From a virus: 57,494 nt of DNA. This document shows, piece after piece, positions 34,833-44,292 of this stretch. A program made the translations under genes and the position numbers. Below the pieces are notes generated by a model that worked only from the letters and a program-made list of their open reading frames with translations, had not been told where the DNA came from and did not search any database. The first letter of the stretch is position 1; each line of letters begins with the position of its first letter. The stretch is from the IMG/VR virus record IMGVR_UViG_3300006198_000004; one strand, given 5' to 3'.

Positions 34833-35348
34833 TTAGGCGGTCTGTGTCGGGTCGGTCATTTCCTCGTCTATGCAGAGCTGGTCTTGGAAATTGATTTTGA
34901 GAGGCACCAGACAGATACCCTTGCTTGAATAGGTGATTTCAAACTTGGGTACGACTACTACGTTGGGGCAGCCGACAAACAAGCCCTCTTCTGGCATGAG
35001 CCATACGGCCCATTCCTTGTAAACAGGCTTGAGGGGGCGCAGCCACTTACGCTTGGGCGCGGAGCCGGTGATTGTGCCACCGAAATACCGGGATAGCTGC
35101 TCCAGCGACGGGTCCATGAGTGTGAGGTTGACGGCGGTAACGTAGTTACCCATCAGCGTGATTTTCTTTGAGGACGTTTCCGATTCATGCACGGTCTGTT
35201 CCACATCGTCATCTACAAGCTGACAGGTGTCTTTGTAAACATCGCCTAAGTCAAGCCACGCATTGCCGTTCGCGGGCATCTGGCCGGCGGTTGTGCCAGC
35301 GGGGGCTATAAAGATTTTTTTAAGCCCCATTGTTGATAATATAGGCAT
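34833..35348 (-). CDS. Major tail protein (by position and size)
   Basis: It is a 171-aa ORF directly upstream of the chaperone pair. Confidence 0.55.
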   Translation of the reverse strand: MPILSTMGLKKIFIAPAGTTAGQMPANGNAWLDLGDVYKDTCQLVDDDVEQTVHESETSSKKITLMGNYVTAVNLTLMDPSLEQLSRYFGGTITGSAPKRKWLRPLKPVYKEWAVWLMPEEGLFVGCPNVVVVPKFEITYSSKGICLVPLKINFQDQLCIDEEMTDPTQTA

Positions 35349-35367
35349 GGTCTTATTAAATTGGTTG

Positions 35368-35796
35368 TTATTGATTACTTGTTTTATCTCTCACGGTGAT
35401 TTCCAGAGCAAACGAAACGAAATGCTCGTCATGGTCCGGCTCTTTGATAGGGGGATTGATTAGGCCGACATTCCAGTTGTAGCCCTCGCCCTTTTCGTAG
35501 TGGTTTTGCAGTACCTCAATCGCCTTGCTCCGAATGGCAATCAACCGCGAGTGATTGATACGAAATACGGATTTGCCGCCGGCCATCGGCTTTTGTATGT
35601 CCGGCACATGGATATTCACGTTGATTTGTCCGTAACGCACACTCCCCTCGCCGTCTATGGTGTGAGGAACAATGATAACGTCCTCTTTGGTGTAGTCGTT
35701 CCTTTCGTAGTCGATTACACCGCTTATCATGGTCTTAACCTCGCTCTCTTGGAGCATTTGGTAAACCCTTACAGCTATTTCCTCGGTCGTTATCAT
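35368..35796 (-). CDS. Tail completion / tail terminator-like protein
   Basis: The assignment rests on its position in the head-tail joining cluster. Confidence 0.45.
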   Translation of the reverse strand: MITTEEIAVRVYQMLQESEVKTMISGVIDYERNDYTKEDVIIVPHTIDGEGSVRYGQINVNIHVPDIQKPMAGGKSVFRINHSRLIAIRSKAIEVLQNHYEKGEGYNWNVGLINPPIKEPDHDEHFVSFALEITVRDKTSNQ

Positions 35797-36260
35797 ATTG
35801 TCATTCCAAACATTTCATTTGCTTTGGCTTTCGCCTTATCCATGAGCTTTTGCATTGCCTTTGGAAAGTCGGTTTTGGCTTTGAGTTCAGCGGGGAGTAT
35901 CACGTTATAGCCCTTTGCCTCCACATAGGCGGCATAGTTCATGCCGGCAACAATCACGAGCGCAATACAATCGGGGAGTGTCGCAATCATTTTCATTGCG
36001 GCTTTCAGTGCCGCCTCTTGCGGTTTGTCGGATTGGTCGGCGGGACCGAAAACAATGTCTTTGTTTTTCACTACAACATAGCTTATTGAGTTTGTGAGAT
36101 TACCCGTGCGGTCGGTGTAGTTGTGCTTATCCTTTGCATACTTGACTAATTCCTCACCCAAGTATTTGCAAAGGAATATGGCAGCCTCTTCAACGCGATT
36201 TTGAAACGCGGCTACTTGGGCGGCTATTAAACCACTGCCAAACATCGGAGTTATCCCCAT
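35793..36260 (-). CDS. HK97 gp10-like head-tail joining protein
   Basis: It has the TGNLTNSISY motif and the expected position. Confidence 0.55.
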   Translation of the reverse strand: MGITPMFGSGLIAAQVAAFQNRVEEAAIFLCKYLGEELVKYAKDKHNYTDRTGNLTNSISYVVVKNKDIVFGPADQSDKPQEAALKAAMKMIATLPDCIALVIVAGMNYAAYVEAKGYNVILPAELKAKTDFPKAMQKLMDKAKAKANEMFGMTI

Positions 36261-36580
36261 ACCTCAATATATTTTCGGTTCAACGTATCTACTCCTTGCG
36301 CCTTAAACTCGGCAATCATGGTCTTGTCGGCATTGTAGAGCCGGATAGTATCACCCACACTTATTTCACCTCGGAAATACTTTGAAATGAAAACATCGTA
36401 AGTGTAGGTGTATTCTTGCCCGTCAGTACCTATGTAGTGCTTGGCAGGGATAGAAATATCAATCTGGCACTCGCAACCCTCTTCAAAAGCGGCGGTGTCG
36501 CTTTGAACAGTAAAGCCGGTTGCGGGGTCTGTGAAAACCTCGCCACCATGCCAATAGTCAAAAGAGCCGTTGTATCTCAT
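36251..36580 (-). CDS. Head closure / head-tail adaptor protein (by position)
   Basis: It is a small ORF in the connector cluster. Confidence 0.4.
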   Translation of the reverse strand: MRYNGSFDYWHGGEVFTDPATGFTVQSDTAAFEEGCECQIDISIPAKHYIGTDGQEYTYTYDVFISKYFRGEISVGDTIRLYNADKTMIAEFKAQGVDTLNRKYIEVWG

Positions 36581-36583
36581 ATC

Positions 36584-36919
36584 CTACCAATACATAGAGC
36601 CGTCCGTGATTGTGGGGATTTCCAAAATCTCATCGGCATCAAGTCCGGCATCAGCGCACAATTCCTTGATACGCTTTCTCAACTCCTTAGTGTCGTAAGA
36701 CTGTGAGGATTTGCCTAAACTTTCACTACTTAACACCAGAAACTTTTTAAGCACCTTGACAGCGGCAGTTGCCACTATCTTTTTGCAGTCCGGTGTGTAA
36801 GGCGTGTCGTTGGCTACCTCGGAAAGTCCAGCGTCAATAAGGGCTTTCTTACATACCACCTGTGCGGCGGTGTAAGGCTCCAGCTCGGCCATTAATGCCT
36901 CAAGAACGGTTATCTCCAT
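36584..36919 (-). CDS. gp6-like head-tail connector protein (by position)
   Basis: It is a small acidic helical ORF downstream of the capsid gene. Confidence 0.4.
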   Translation of the reverse strand: MEITVLEALMAELEPYTAAQVVCKKALIDAGLSEVANDTPYTPDCKKIVATAAVKVLKKFLVLSSESLGKSSQSYDTKELRKRIKELCADAGLDADEILEIPTITDGSMYW

Positions 36920-36922
36920 AGC

Positions 36923-37321
36923 TTACTCCTTTTCGGGGTTGGGGTCGGCGGTTTCGTTGTTGTTGAGCATTTCAGAAAGGGTCTGCGCCTGCTCATCGTT
37001 GAGAGCCGAAAGAGCGTTGCTCACGGCCTTTTCTTTGGCGTTGTGAGCCACACGAATACCCATAATGCCCAGTGCGGCCTTAATGGTTTCTATGTGATAG
37101 CGTTTCCCTTGAAATTCTACATGGTCGCTTGCCGCCTCTACGGGGTTTGTAGGGGCAGTTTCGGAGGCGGCCGGTGCGTCATCCAGTGCAACGATAACGC
37201 AAAAGCCACGCCCTACAAGCGCGTTGATACGTTCAACATCGTTGCTCTGGATAAACTCGCCGGGGCAAAGGGTCTTACCCTCTGCTTTGCCATTGAAAGG
37301 CTTAATTACTTTCAGTTTCAT
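36923..37321 (-). CDS. Hypothetical head-module protein
   Basis: The ORF lies directly after the capsid gene. Confidence 0.4.
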   Translation of the reverse strand: MKLKVIKPFNGKAEGKTLCPGEFIQSNDVERINALVGRGFCVIVALDDAPAASETAPTNPVEAASDHVEFQGKRYHIETIKAALGIMGIRVAHNAKEKAVSNALSALNDEQAQTLSEMLNNNETADPNPEKE

Positions 37322-37336
37322 AGCAAAGCAAAAGGG

Positions 37337-38587
37337 TTAGACGGTTTCAAGAGTAGCGGCGGCTACGGCAGCGTCATAGTCGGCTTTGGTGCGGTAGTAG
37401 GCAGTGGTGCCGTTTGCATCGGCGGCAACCTCTTTTTCCTCTAAGCCGCGTACCTGTAAGCAAACAATCTGCCCAATCTCGGTGATAAGGGGCAGCAAGC
37501 GGCCCGCGCCCTCGGTGTATTCGCCGGCGGTCTGGCCCGTGGATGCACCTGTGCGCCACTTGGAGATACGAATACCATTGCCGGCGTTGAGATAGTCCAC
37601 ATTCTCTTCCTCGATAAGCTCGGAGTCCTCGATAGCGGGCTGGATTTCGCCGATAACGCCGGCGGGCTTGATTGCGATAAAGTTGGGATTCCACGGCTCA
37701 ATAGCTTGACGCTTGCCGTCCGGGGAGATACCCATCTTGCGCTGGATAACGGTAATGGGGGGGATTTCGTTTTCTTCCAGCAACGCGGAAAATTCCGATT
37801 TGGTGACAGTCTGCGCCTGCTTGTCGGTGCCGTGTGCCAGTAGGCGGGTAGCGTCATTCATGCGCAGCCATGTTGCGAGTTCCTGCGACATAAGGATTTC
37901 GCCGGGCTGAACACCACGGGCGCGCAGGGCGGCGCAAAGGACGGAAAGGAAAAGAATCGGGTTGAGCTTGCCGGCCTTGACATTTGCAGTGGTCCAGTTC
38001 AGAACGCTTACGAGCTTGTTTGCGTCCGGCATGGTATAGTCCACCTCGTAGGCACGGCCGCCGGGGTTGTTGATAGCGGGTACGAATTGAGCCACGCCCC
38101 AGTTGGAGAAAGCCATGAGAACGATAAAGTCCATCACGTCCTTGCAACCGAGATATGCGTCCTGCATCTGGTGTGTGAGCGTCTTTTCAATCTGCTTAAC
38201 CTTGTCGGCCTCCTTGAGGCGGGGGTTCTCGTAAACCTCCATGAGCTTACGATAATCGCGGGCGAACATTACGAAAGTCTGGCCGACACGGGGAATTTCC
38301 TTTGTCCAGACATCGAAGCCGTCCGACCGGCGCAGGGGCGAGGGTGATTCATCGCCCAAGAGCGTAGCCATGAAACGTATCTGGTATTTACCGACAATAG
38401 CCTCGGCAGTAAGCGACATCTGCGGAGTATTGTAGGTAAACCAGCCATCGGTATACATCTTTTGGAAAAGAGCAACCTCACGCTCCGAAGCCTTGTCAAA
38501 GGTCTTACGCCACGTTGCAAGCAAGTCCAGCGGAGAGCCGGCCTTGTGCAAGCCAGTGAAAGTTGTAAAAATTGACTTTGTAGGCAT
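37337..38587 (-). CDS. Major capsid protein
   Basis: It is a 416-aa ORF downstream of the scaffold-like gene. The internal out-of-frame ORFs look spurious. Confidence 0.7.
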   Translation of the reverse strand: MPTKSIFTTFTGLHKAGSPLDLLATWRKTFDKASEREVALFQKMYTDGWFTYNTPQMSLTAEAIVGKYQIRFMATLLGDESPSPLRRSDGFDVWTKEIPRVGQTFVMFARDYRKLMEVYENPRLKEADKVKQIEKTLTHQMQDAYLGCKDVMDFIVLMAFSNWGVAQFVPAINNPGGRAYEVDYTMPDANKLVSVLNWTTANVKAGKLNPILFLSVLCAALRARGVQPGEILMSQELATWLRMNDATRLLAHGTDKQAQTVTKSEFSALLEENEIPPITVIQRKMGISPDGKRQAIEPWNPNFIAIKPAGVIGEIQPAIEDSELIEEENVDYLNAGNGIRISKWRTGASTGQTAGEYTEGAGRLLPLITEIGQIVCLQVRGLEEKEVAADANGTTAYYRTKADYDAAVAAATLETV

Positions 38588-38612
38588 GGTTTATTAAAAT
38601 TTTGTGTTGATA

Positions 38613-39260
38613 TTACAGCGATTTTGTCAGCTTGACGTGTGGGTTGGCTTTGAGGAAAGCACCGGTTTCGTCTTTCTGGCTGTCGGGGATAGGCGATACA
38701 CGCCTTTCGTAGAGCGCGTATTGCATGGTGTCGGCGGTTACGTCAATGTCAGTTTCAAACTCGCTCACCACCCTATCCTTGATGGTGACGGAGTTTGCGA
38801 GGCCGCGTTCTTTGGTCTTGGGAGTAGCGGCACCATCGCTCACAAGCTCCACAATCACATCGCCGGCTTTCAGCCCGGTAATGGCAGCGGAAAGAGTGAT
38901 ACGATAAATGTTGCCCTTTTCCTCAATGGCGGAGATTTTGGGAGCCGAGGCGATTGCAACGGCATCTGCGCCGGCGATACCCACAAACTCGCCCTCGGCG
39001 AAACACGGAGCATAAAACTCATCGACATACAGGGTAACGAGTTTTGAGTTTTCCGCATCCACCTCTACGACCTTTGCAGTCTTGATTACCTGCACCAGAC
39101 GGGTTTCCTCATTACGAATGGCAGGCGTTCCGGCGGGGATAACATCGCCGACACGGAATTTCTGCCCCGTAACATCAAGGTTAAAACCGCCCATTACGAT
39201 TGAGGGGCTACCCGTAAAAATCGGGCGCGTACCCACAAAGGAGGCTGTCTTGCGTTTCAT
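38613..39260 (-). CDS. Capsid-associated structural protein (decoration-like, tentative)
   Basis: It lies between the scaffold and capsid genes and is beta-rich. Confidence 0.4.
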   Translation of the reverse strand: MKRKTASFVGTRPIFTGSPSIVMGGFNLDVTGQKFRVGDVIPAGTPAIRNEETRLVQVIKTAKVVEVDAENSKLVTLYVDEFYAPCFAEGEFVGIAGADAVAIASAPKISAIEEKGNIYRITLSAAITGLKAGDVIVELVSDGAATPKTKERGLANSVTIKDRVVSEFETDIDVTADTMQYALYERRVSPIPDSQKDETGAFLKANPHVKLTKSL

Positions 39261-39272
39261 CTTGAAAAATTT

Positions 39273-39902
39273 TTATTTAGCGGTTATTGTTTCCAGCAAT
39301 GCGTCAGCGGCTTCGTCAACCTGCTTTTCGCTTGCCGATTTTGCACCCTCGGCTTTGTCGGAAATAAGGCCGTTTGTGATACAATCCTGTCGGAGTGCTG
39401 CCACGGCGGTTTCCACGTCCTCATCATCAGCAATGGAATTGCCGAGGCGGTCGCGGAGAAAAGCGGGGATTTTGTGCTTTTCAAAAGCTGCGTTGATTTC
39501 GGCCTTACGCGCCTCGCGGCTACGTTCAGCTTTCAAGTCGTTCAGCTCTTTTTCCATTGCGGCAATACGCTCATCGGAGTTATCACCGGGCTTTGTCTTG
39601 CCCTTGCCCTTTGTGCCTTTGGTGGCGGTGTCATCGTCCGTGTCATCGTCCGTGTCATCGTCATCTTTGGCGGGTTTGGTCTTACCATTGCCCTTTGCTT
39701 TCTGCGCCCAGCGTGTAGCCTCACCCTGAGTTTCGGTTGCTACATCAGCTATAAGGGTTGCAGTCTTTTCGATTGCCTCCTCATCGGTAGAATCATCCTC
39801 AATGCCTCCACCGAGCTGCTCGGTTAGCTTATCGAGGTACTTCTCCGATAGGCGGGTGTCCTTAGTCTTTTCCTTGACTTTTGCCCTAAGTGCTTTGTTC
39901 AT
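39273..39902 (-). CDS. Scaffolding protein
   Basis: It is acidic and helical, contains a DDDDTDDDTDDDT run, and sits upstream of the capsid gene. Confidence 0.6.
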   Translation of the reverse strand: MNKALRAKVKEKTKDTRLSEKYLDKLTEQLGGGIEDDSTDEEAIEKTATLIADVATETQGEATRWAQKAKGNGKTKPAKDDDDTDDDTDDDTATKGTKGKGKTKPGDNSDERIAAMEKELNDLKAERSREARKAEINAAFEKHKIPAFLRDRLGNSIADDEDVETAVAALRQDCITNGLISDKAEGAKSASEKQVDEAADALLETITAK

Positions 39903-40185
39903 ATCGGTTGTTGTTATGCCCCGGAAAAGGGGGTGTTAATAATTGGCTTTTCAGTTCTTAGACACAAAGATAGCTAATTTTTACGATATGTGTTTATAAA
40001 ACACAGAAAAATTTTACCGGGTAAATCTCTGAATTTTCAGCGACTTAAATTTACTGGGTAAATTTTTCCGAAAAATAATTGCCAAAATATTTGGTATATT
40101 CAATAAAACACATTAACTTTGCGGTGTGTTTGAGAAACACAGAAGCTCAAACCAACAAAGCAACACCGATAAAAACTACAAGAAA
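39903..40185. promoter_or_regulatory. Divergent control region (late head-tail operon to the left, accessory block to the right)
   Basis: - Minus-strand -7 box TATCTTTG (39965-39972).
- Plus-strand promoter: TTTG (40090-40093) and TAACTTTG (40114-40121).
- 17-bp palindromes at 39989-40005 and 40125-40141.
- Two TTTACYGGGTAAA palindromes (40013-40025 and 40050-40062). Confidence 0.65.
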
Positions 40186-40395
40186 ATGGCAAAGACAAAA
40201 AGACAGGCTCTCCAAGAACGCCTCAATACCTATGGAAAGAGTGTTAACGCAACGCTCACAATCGGCAAAAACGAGTTAGGCTATTTCATTAGCTACAACG
40301 ATAATCCGATAGCTCTTACATCTGGTCGCTCTTTCAAAGAGCTTGCTGCTTACGTTGACGGTCTCCGCGATATGCTCTTAATCTCCAAACACTAA
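40186..40395 (+). CDS. Hypothetical small protein
   Basis: It is the first ORF after the plus-strand promoter. The start was taken at the ATG at 40186 (MAKTKRQ). Confidence 0.5.
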   Translation: MAKTKRQALQERLNTYGKSVNATLTIGKNELGYFISYNDNPIALTSGRSFKELAAYVDGLRDMLLISKH

Positions 40396-40407
40396 TCTCT
40401 ACAAGAA

Positions 40408-40608
40408 ATGGCAACACCAAATAAATTCAACAAAGGCGATAAGGTAACAGTAACACGCCGCAATGGTGCTAAGGTAATAGGCACAATCTCCGGGTGGGAT
40501 TACAACGTATGCACCTTTGAGGTAGAGTATGATATTGACTACCTCAAAGACGGTAAAAATTTTACCATGATATGTGTTCCACAAACAGCTATAACCCTTA
40601 ACGCATAA
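40408..40608 (+). CDS. Hypothetical small protein
   Basis: It belongs to a tightly packed plus-strand ORF series. Confidence 0.45.
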   Translation: MATPNKFNKGDKVTVTRRNGAKVIGTISGWDYNVCTFEVEYDIDYLKDGKNFTMICVPQTAITLNA

Positions 40609-40619
40609 CCCACGCAGGA

Positions 40620-40874
40620 ATGGAAACCAACAATAAATTCAACAATGCAATCAATGAAATTCGCACTCGCATTGCGGATAAGTTCGATGCAAGCATTTCA
40701 AGTGATTACTATTCGACTAAATATGCCGACATACGCATACGCTTGAATAAGACAACCGACATGGTAGCCTTTCGATACGAAATTGCTAAGATAGCAAAAG
40801 AACACGGCCTAAAATCGGCAGTTAACGGCAATGGGCTTTATGTAGATATATTGCTCTGCGATTCCGACAAATAA
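40620..40874 (+). CDS. Hypothetical small protein
   Basis: It belongs to a tightly packed plus-strand ORF series. Confidence 0.45.
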   Translation: METNNKFNNAINEIRTRIADKFDASISSDYYSTKYADIRIRLNKTTDMVAFRYEIAKIAKEHGLKSAVNGNGLYVDILLCDSDK

Positions 40875-40905
40875 CATCAACAGACAACGCAACACCAACA
40901 AGAAT

Positions 40906-41265
40906 ATGGAAACAAAAAAACTCAAATTCACTCTCAAAATCCCGCGCTGGACTATGGCCGAGGATTTAGGCTACACGCCTATCACTACGTTCTGGCAAGA
41001 CTTTTCTATTGCCGACAAATTCGGTCCCGCCGCAATCCGCGACACTTTCAAACGTGCCTTTGCGGAATGGAAAGGCAACTACAAGTATCTCACGGAGCTT
41101 GTAATGGTACTCAACCACAAAATAGCCTATCACTACAACCCAGCAAAAGGCGCACCCAACGTGTTAGCCAATCTCTACAATGAATTGTGGGAAGAGGCCG
41201 ACAGCTACGCTAACACTCATCTTGAGGGTGAGGAATATGCTTACTTTTACTCAATCACCGACTAA
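40906..41265 (+). CDS. Hypothetical protein
   Basis: It belongs to a tightly packed plus-strand ORF series. Confidence 0.5.
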   Translation: METKKLKFTLKIPRWTMAEDLGYTPITTFWQDFSIADKFGPAAIRDTFKRAFAEWKGNYKYLTELVMVLNHKIAYHYNPAKGAPNVLANLYNELWEEADSYANTHLEGEEYAYFYSITD

Positions 41266-41277
41266 ACACCTACGACA

Positions 41278-41481
41278 ATGGGAATACTCAAAGACGCAAT
41301 CCGTGAGGTGCTGACACAATCAGCCAAAGAGCAAGGCCGCGATATTCGCTTTATTGATAGCCCTACAAGGGTTATCGAAACAAGCGAACAAGCCAAATAC
41401 AATGACATACGCCGCGTTGAACGTGGCTATGTGCAAGGCGTTCACAAAGCAAGAAAGGAGGCTAACAATGGCAACCAGTAA
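41278..41481 (+). CDS. Hypothetical small protein
   Basis: It belongs to a tightly packed plus-strand ORF series. Confidence 0.45.
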   Translation: MGILKDAIREVLTQSAKEQGRDIRFIDSPTRVIETSEQAKYNDIRRVERGYVQGVHKARKEANNGNQ

Positions 41482-41620
41482 ATCCCTATGCGCCCAATGC
41501 ACCTATGGCGCACGTTACGGCTCATCCTACTTTTGTAGTTATCGGTGCCGACCATTCAATAACAATAAATCCAAATGCGCCAACTATCACGCCAAAAACG
41601 ATACTCAAAAAAATGGATAA
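41468..41620 (+). CDS. Cys-rich small protein
   Basis: The start was taken at MATSKSLCAQC (41468). It carries CxxC...C...C spacing. Confidence 0.35.
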   Translation: MATSKSLCAQCTYGARYGSSYFCSYRCRPFNNNKSKCANYHAKNDTQKNG

Positions 41621-42125
41621 TATCATAAAATTTAGAGCTAAACGCCTTACCAATAGAAAGAGAGGCGCATGGGCTTACGGGCATTTATACCCGATGAACA
41701 CAACAAAAGGACTGCAACTCTGTATCTGCGACCATAAACAGGGCTTTGCCGGTCCCGTGGACGATAATACAAAGGGGCAATTCATTGGGTTATACGACCA
41801 GCATGATAAAGAGATATTTACAGGTGATTATATCGCCATTGATTACAAATATGATGGCTTAGGCTCACATGGATGCGTTGAACCAGACCAAGATTGCTTC
41901 TGCGAGGGAGTAGTTGTTTATATGAGAGAATTTGCCTGCTATGGCTTACATCTTTATAAGGCAGAACAGCCAATTAAAGAATCCTTAAAAGAAACGCCAT
42001 ATCTAACCCTACCGTTAATAGAGTTTGATTTGGTAAGTGATAGCATTGAGATATTAGGAAATATTTACGATAACCCGGAATTACTCACCAATGGAAAAAA
42101 TAGTAAAGCAAAGAGAAATCAGTAG
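41613..42125 (+). CDS. YopX-family protein
   Basis: MDNIIKFRAKR...GLYDQHDKEIFTGDYI matches the YopX pattern (IKFRAW...GKEIYEGDIV). Confidence 0.65.
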   Translation: MDNIIKFRAKRLTNRKRGAWAYGHLYPMNTTKGLQLCICDHKQGFAGPVDDNTKGQFIGLYDQHDKEIFTGDYIAIDYKYDGLGSHGCVEPDQDCFCEGVVVYMREFACYGLHLYKAEQPIKESLKETPYLTLPLIEFDLVSDSIEILGNIYDNPELLTNGKNSKAKRNQ

Positions 42126-42132
42126 CATTAAG

Positions 42133-42396
42133 ATGAGCGTAAATCCGCCACAATGCGTTATAGATGCCGACTATTGCGTTATCGCCAATGGAAAGGTGAT
42201 GCAATATGTAGGGATAGGATGGGTTGAATTAAGAGCCGCAACCCCAAGCGACTACGATACAATCCCCCAGATACTAACACCGCATTGCTCTCAATGCGAA
42301 TACTACGACAATATAGGCGATACCATGTATTGCGCCAAATATCAAAAGCGGATAACGGCCCGCAAGCGTCCGTGTAAACACTATAAAGAAAGATGA
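42133..42396 (+). CDS. Cys-rich small protein
   Basis: It carries CSQC...C...C motifs. The start was taken at the ATG at 42133, after the YopX stop. Confidence 0.4.
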   Translation: MSVNPPQCVIDADYCVIANGKVMQYVGIGWVELRAATPSDYDTIPQILTPHCSQCEYYDNIGDTMYCAKYQKRITARKRPCKHYKER

Positions 42397-42638
42397 AAAA
42401 ACAACTCATTTCAGCCGTGGGCGTTATCTACGTTCACAATCTCCAAGGCGACACCGTAGAACCTAACGTATTGGGCGAGGTGTTCTATATGCGCACAACG
42501 CGCATACTCAAACGCCGAGTGCGTAAGGTTATCTATTCTCTTGCCGTGCCTCTTGACGGGCATAGCATAGACTCTACAAAACAAGAAATGCGTGAGTTAC
42601 TTGATGATATAGTAAGACGATATTACGACCGTTGCTAA
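42393..42638 (+). CDS. Hypothetical small protein
   Basis: Its start overlaps the preceding stop. Confidence 0.45.
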   Translation: MKKQLISAVGVIYVHNLQGDTVEPNVLGEVFYMRTTRILKRRVRKVIYSLAVPLDGHSIDSTKQEMRELLDDIVRRYYDRC

Positions 42639-42639
42639 T

Positions 42640-42927
42640 ATGCCAATCAAGCCCGAAAATCGCGCACGATACCCTAAGAATTGGCCGCAAATACGCAAGG
42701 CAATACTTGAACGTGCGCACAACTGTTGCGAGTTTTGCGGAGTTGAAAACTACTCTATGCGGCTCAACCCCAATACAGGCAAAGAGGTTAAAATCATCCT
42801 CACGATAGCGCATTTAGACCATACCCCCGAAAACTGCGACCCCAGCAACCTACGGGCATTGTGTCAGAAATGCCACAACTCTTATGATGCGGAACACCGC
42901 AAGGAAACAAGAAAACGAAATAAATAA
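42640..42927 (+). CDS. HNH endonuclease
   Basis: It has the motifs CEFCG...IAHLDH...NL.ALCQKCHN. Confidence 0.8.
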   Translation: MPIKPENRARYPKNWPQIRKAILERAHNCCEFCGVENYSMRLNPNTGKEVKIILTIAHLDHTPENCDPSNLRALCQKCHNSYDAEHRKETRKRNK

Positions 42928-42933
42928 CAAGCT

Positions 42934-43158
42934 ATGAAAGTCTATATCAATAAACGTAGTGGCGGTTACGGCTACACAGGTGGCTTAATCGTTGTGGCCG
43001 CAAATAGCCCTCAAGAGGCACATGGTGTTATGTGTGATAGTGAACGTGGCGATGATTATATTGACTATTACGAGGCCGCAGGCTGGCAACTGTTAGCTAA
43101 TGTAGTGGCAAACGTGGAACAACCTACAATATTAGCGGAACATGGCTACACAGAATGA
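42934..43158 (+). CDS. Hypothetical small protein
   Basis: It belongs to a tightly packed ORF series. Confidence 0.4.
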   Translation: MKVYINKRSGGYGYTGGLIVVAANSPQEAHGVMCDSERGDDYIDYYEAAGWQLLANVVANVEQPTILAEHGYTE

Positions 43159-43351
43159 AACTGTTGCGCTCGTGGAAGGCTTTGCCAAAGCCAACCCGGA
43201 AACGATAGAGCGACTTAACGCCGCAGCTCGTGAAATGCTCAATCCATGCCGGCAAGAATTGACTGCAAAGGAGCTTGAGGCGGCGCAAGTGGCGTTCTGT
43301 TTGGGCGGCGTGTGGGTAATCATTAACCAAGTAAACATAAACCCTAAATGA
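43142..43351 (+). CDS. Hypothetical small protein
   Basis: It belongs to a tightly packed ORF series. Confidence 0.4.
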   Translation: MATQNETVALVEGFAKANPETIERLNAAAREMLNPCRQELTAKELEAAQVAFCLGGVWVIINQVNINPK

Positions 43352-43352
43352 T

Positions 43353-43601
43353 ATGGAAATAAAAATCAAATGGAGATATGCCAGCGGCTCTATCGACACA
43401 AAAGATATGGAGCTTATATGTATTCCGGCAAGAGGTCGGCGTTCTTTTGGTCCCGATGAGCTGGATGCGGAGATGGCAATCAAAGACGGCTGGAACATGG
43501 TAATCGCCCACATACACACTGGCGATGTGGAAAGCTCCAATGCCTTGTGTCAAGAGATATGCCGCCGGTTTAATGAATTTCCAAAAGAACAGAAACTATG
43601 A
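43353..43601 (+). CDS. Hypothetical small protein
   Basis: It belongs to a tightly packed ORF series. Confidence 0.4.
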   Translation: MEIKIKWRYASGSIDTKDMELICIPARGRRSFGPDELDAEMAIKDGWNMVIAHIHTGDVESSNALCQEICRRFNEFPKEQKL

Positions 43602-43810
43602 GCTATTGCCCGGATTGTGGATGCAAGATGTATAAAGGCATTTGCACCAACTGCCACGAGGATTTGATTATCTTCGATGAGTGTTTGGAATACGATATTC
43701 CAATGAGTGATGAATTTCTGGAGCGCGTTGATGAGTGCCGCAAGCGACAAAAGGAGTATGCAAAGCGTCCCGATGTCAAACGTGCCATAAACTCCAATAA
43801 CAACGAATGA
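43598..43810 (+). CDS. Zinc-ribbon small protein
   Basis: It has the motif CPDCGCKMYKGICTNCH. Confidence 0.45.
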   Translation: MSYCPDCGCKMYKGICTNCHEDLIIFDECLEYDIPMSDEFLERVDECRKRQKEYAKRPDVKRAINSNNNE

Positions 43811-43813
43811 ATT

Positions 43814-44053
43814 ATGAAAATGATAGTAGAGCCTAACGGCGCGTATTCAGAACAATATTATGGGCTTACCAAAAGAGAGGTGAAATTGATATTGCCGTAT
43901 ATACGCAATGCGGCCCGACACGCTGAAAACATGGTAGAACACTATCAAGATATTCTTGAAAGTGGAGAGGCTACCGACCGCCAAACAACGGCCTTAGCTC
44001 AATGGGAAGATAAAATGGATATTTTTAACTCCATGATAGCTTTTATGGAATGA
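43814..44053 (+). CDS. Hypothetical small protein
   Basis: It belongs to a tightly packed ORF series. Confidence 0.4.
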   Translation: MKMIVEPNGAYSEQYYGLTKREVKLILPYIRNAARHAENMVEHYQDILESGEATDRQTTALAQWEDKMDIFNSMIAFME

Positions 44054-44283
44054 GCGATAAGTGCCATTACATAAACGTCCGCGATGTTGGGCGCGTCCTT
44101 ATTCCGGGTTGTATGGCGGTGGCTGTAAGTGGCGATATATCGCAATGCACTTGCAACGCCCCGCTATCATACCCGGAGCAAATAGACCAACTCCAGCGGG
44201 AGAATAAAAGGCTTAGAGAGGAAAACAAGCGGCTCAAAGCCTTGTTAAGCTCACAAGAAAACGAGGCTAACAAAAGAAAATAG
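44050..44283 (+). CDS. Hypothetical small protein with C-terminal coiled coil
   Basis: It has a leucine-zipper-like segment (QIDQLQRENKRLREENKRLKALL). Confidence 0.4.
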   Translation: MSDKCHYINVRDVGRVLIPGCMAVAVSGDISQCTCNAPLSYPEQIDQLQRENKRLREENKRLKALLSSQENEANKRK

Positions 44284-44292
44284 CCCCAAAAG

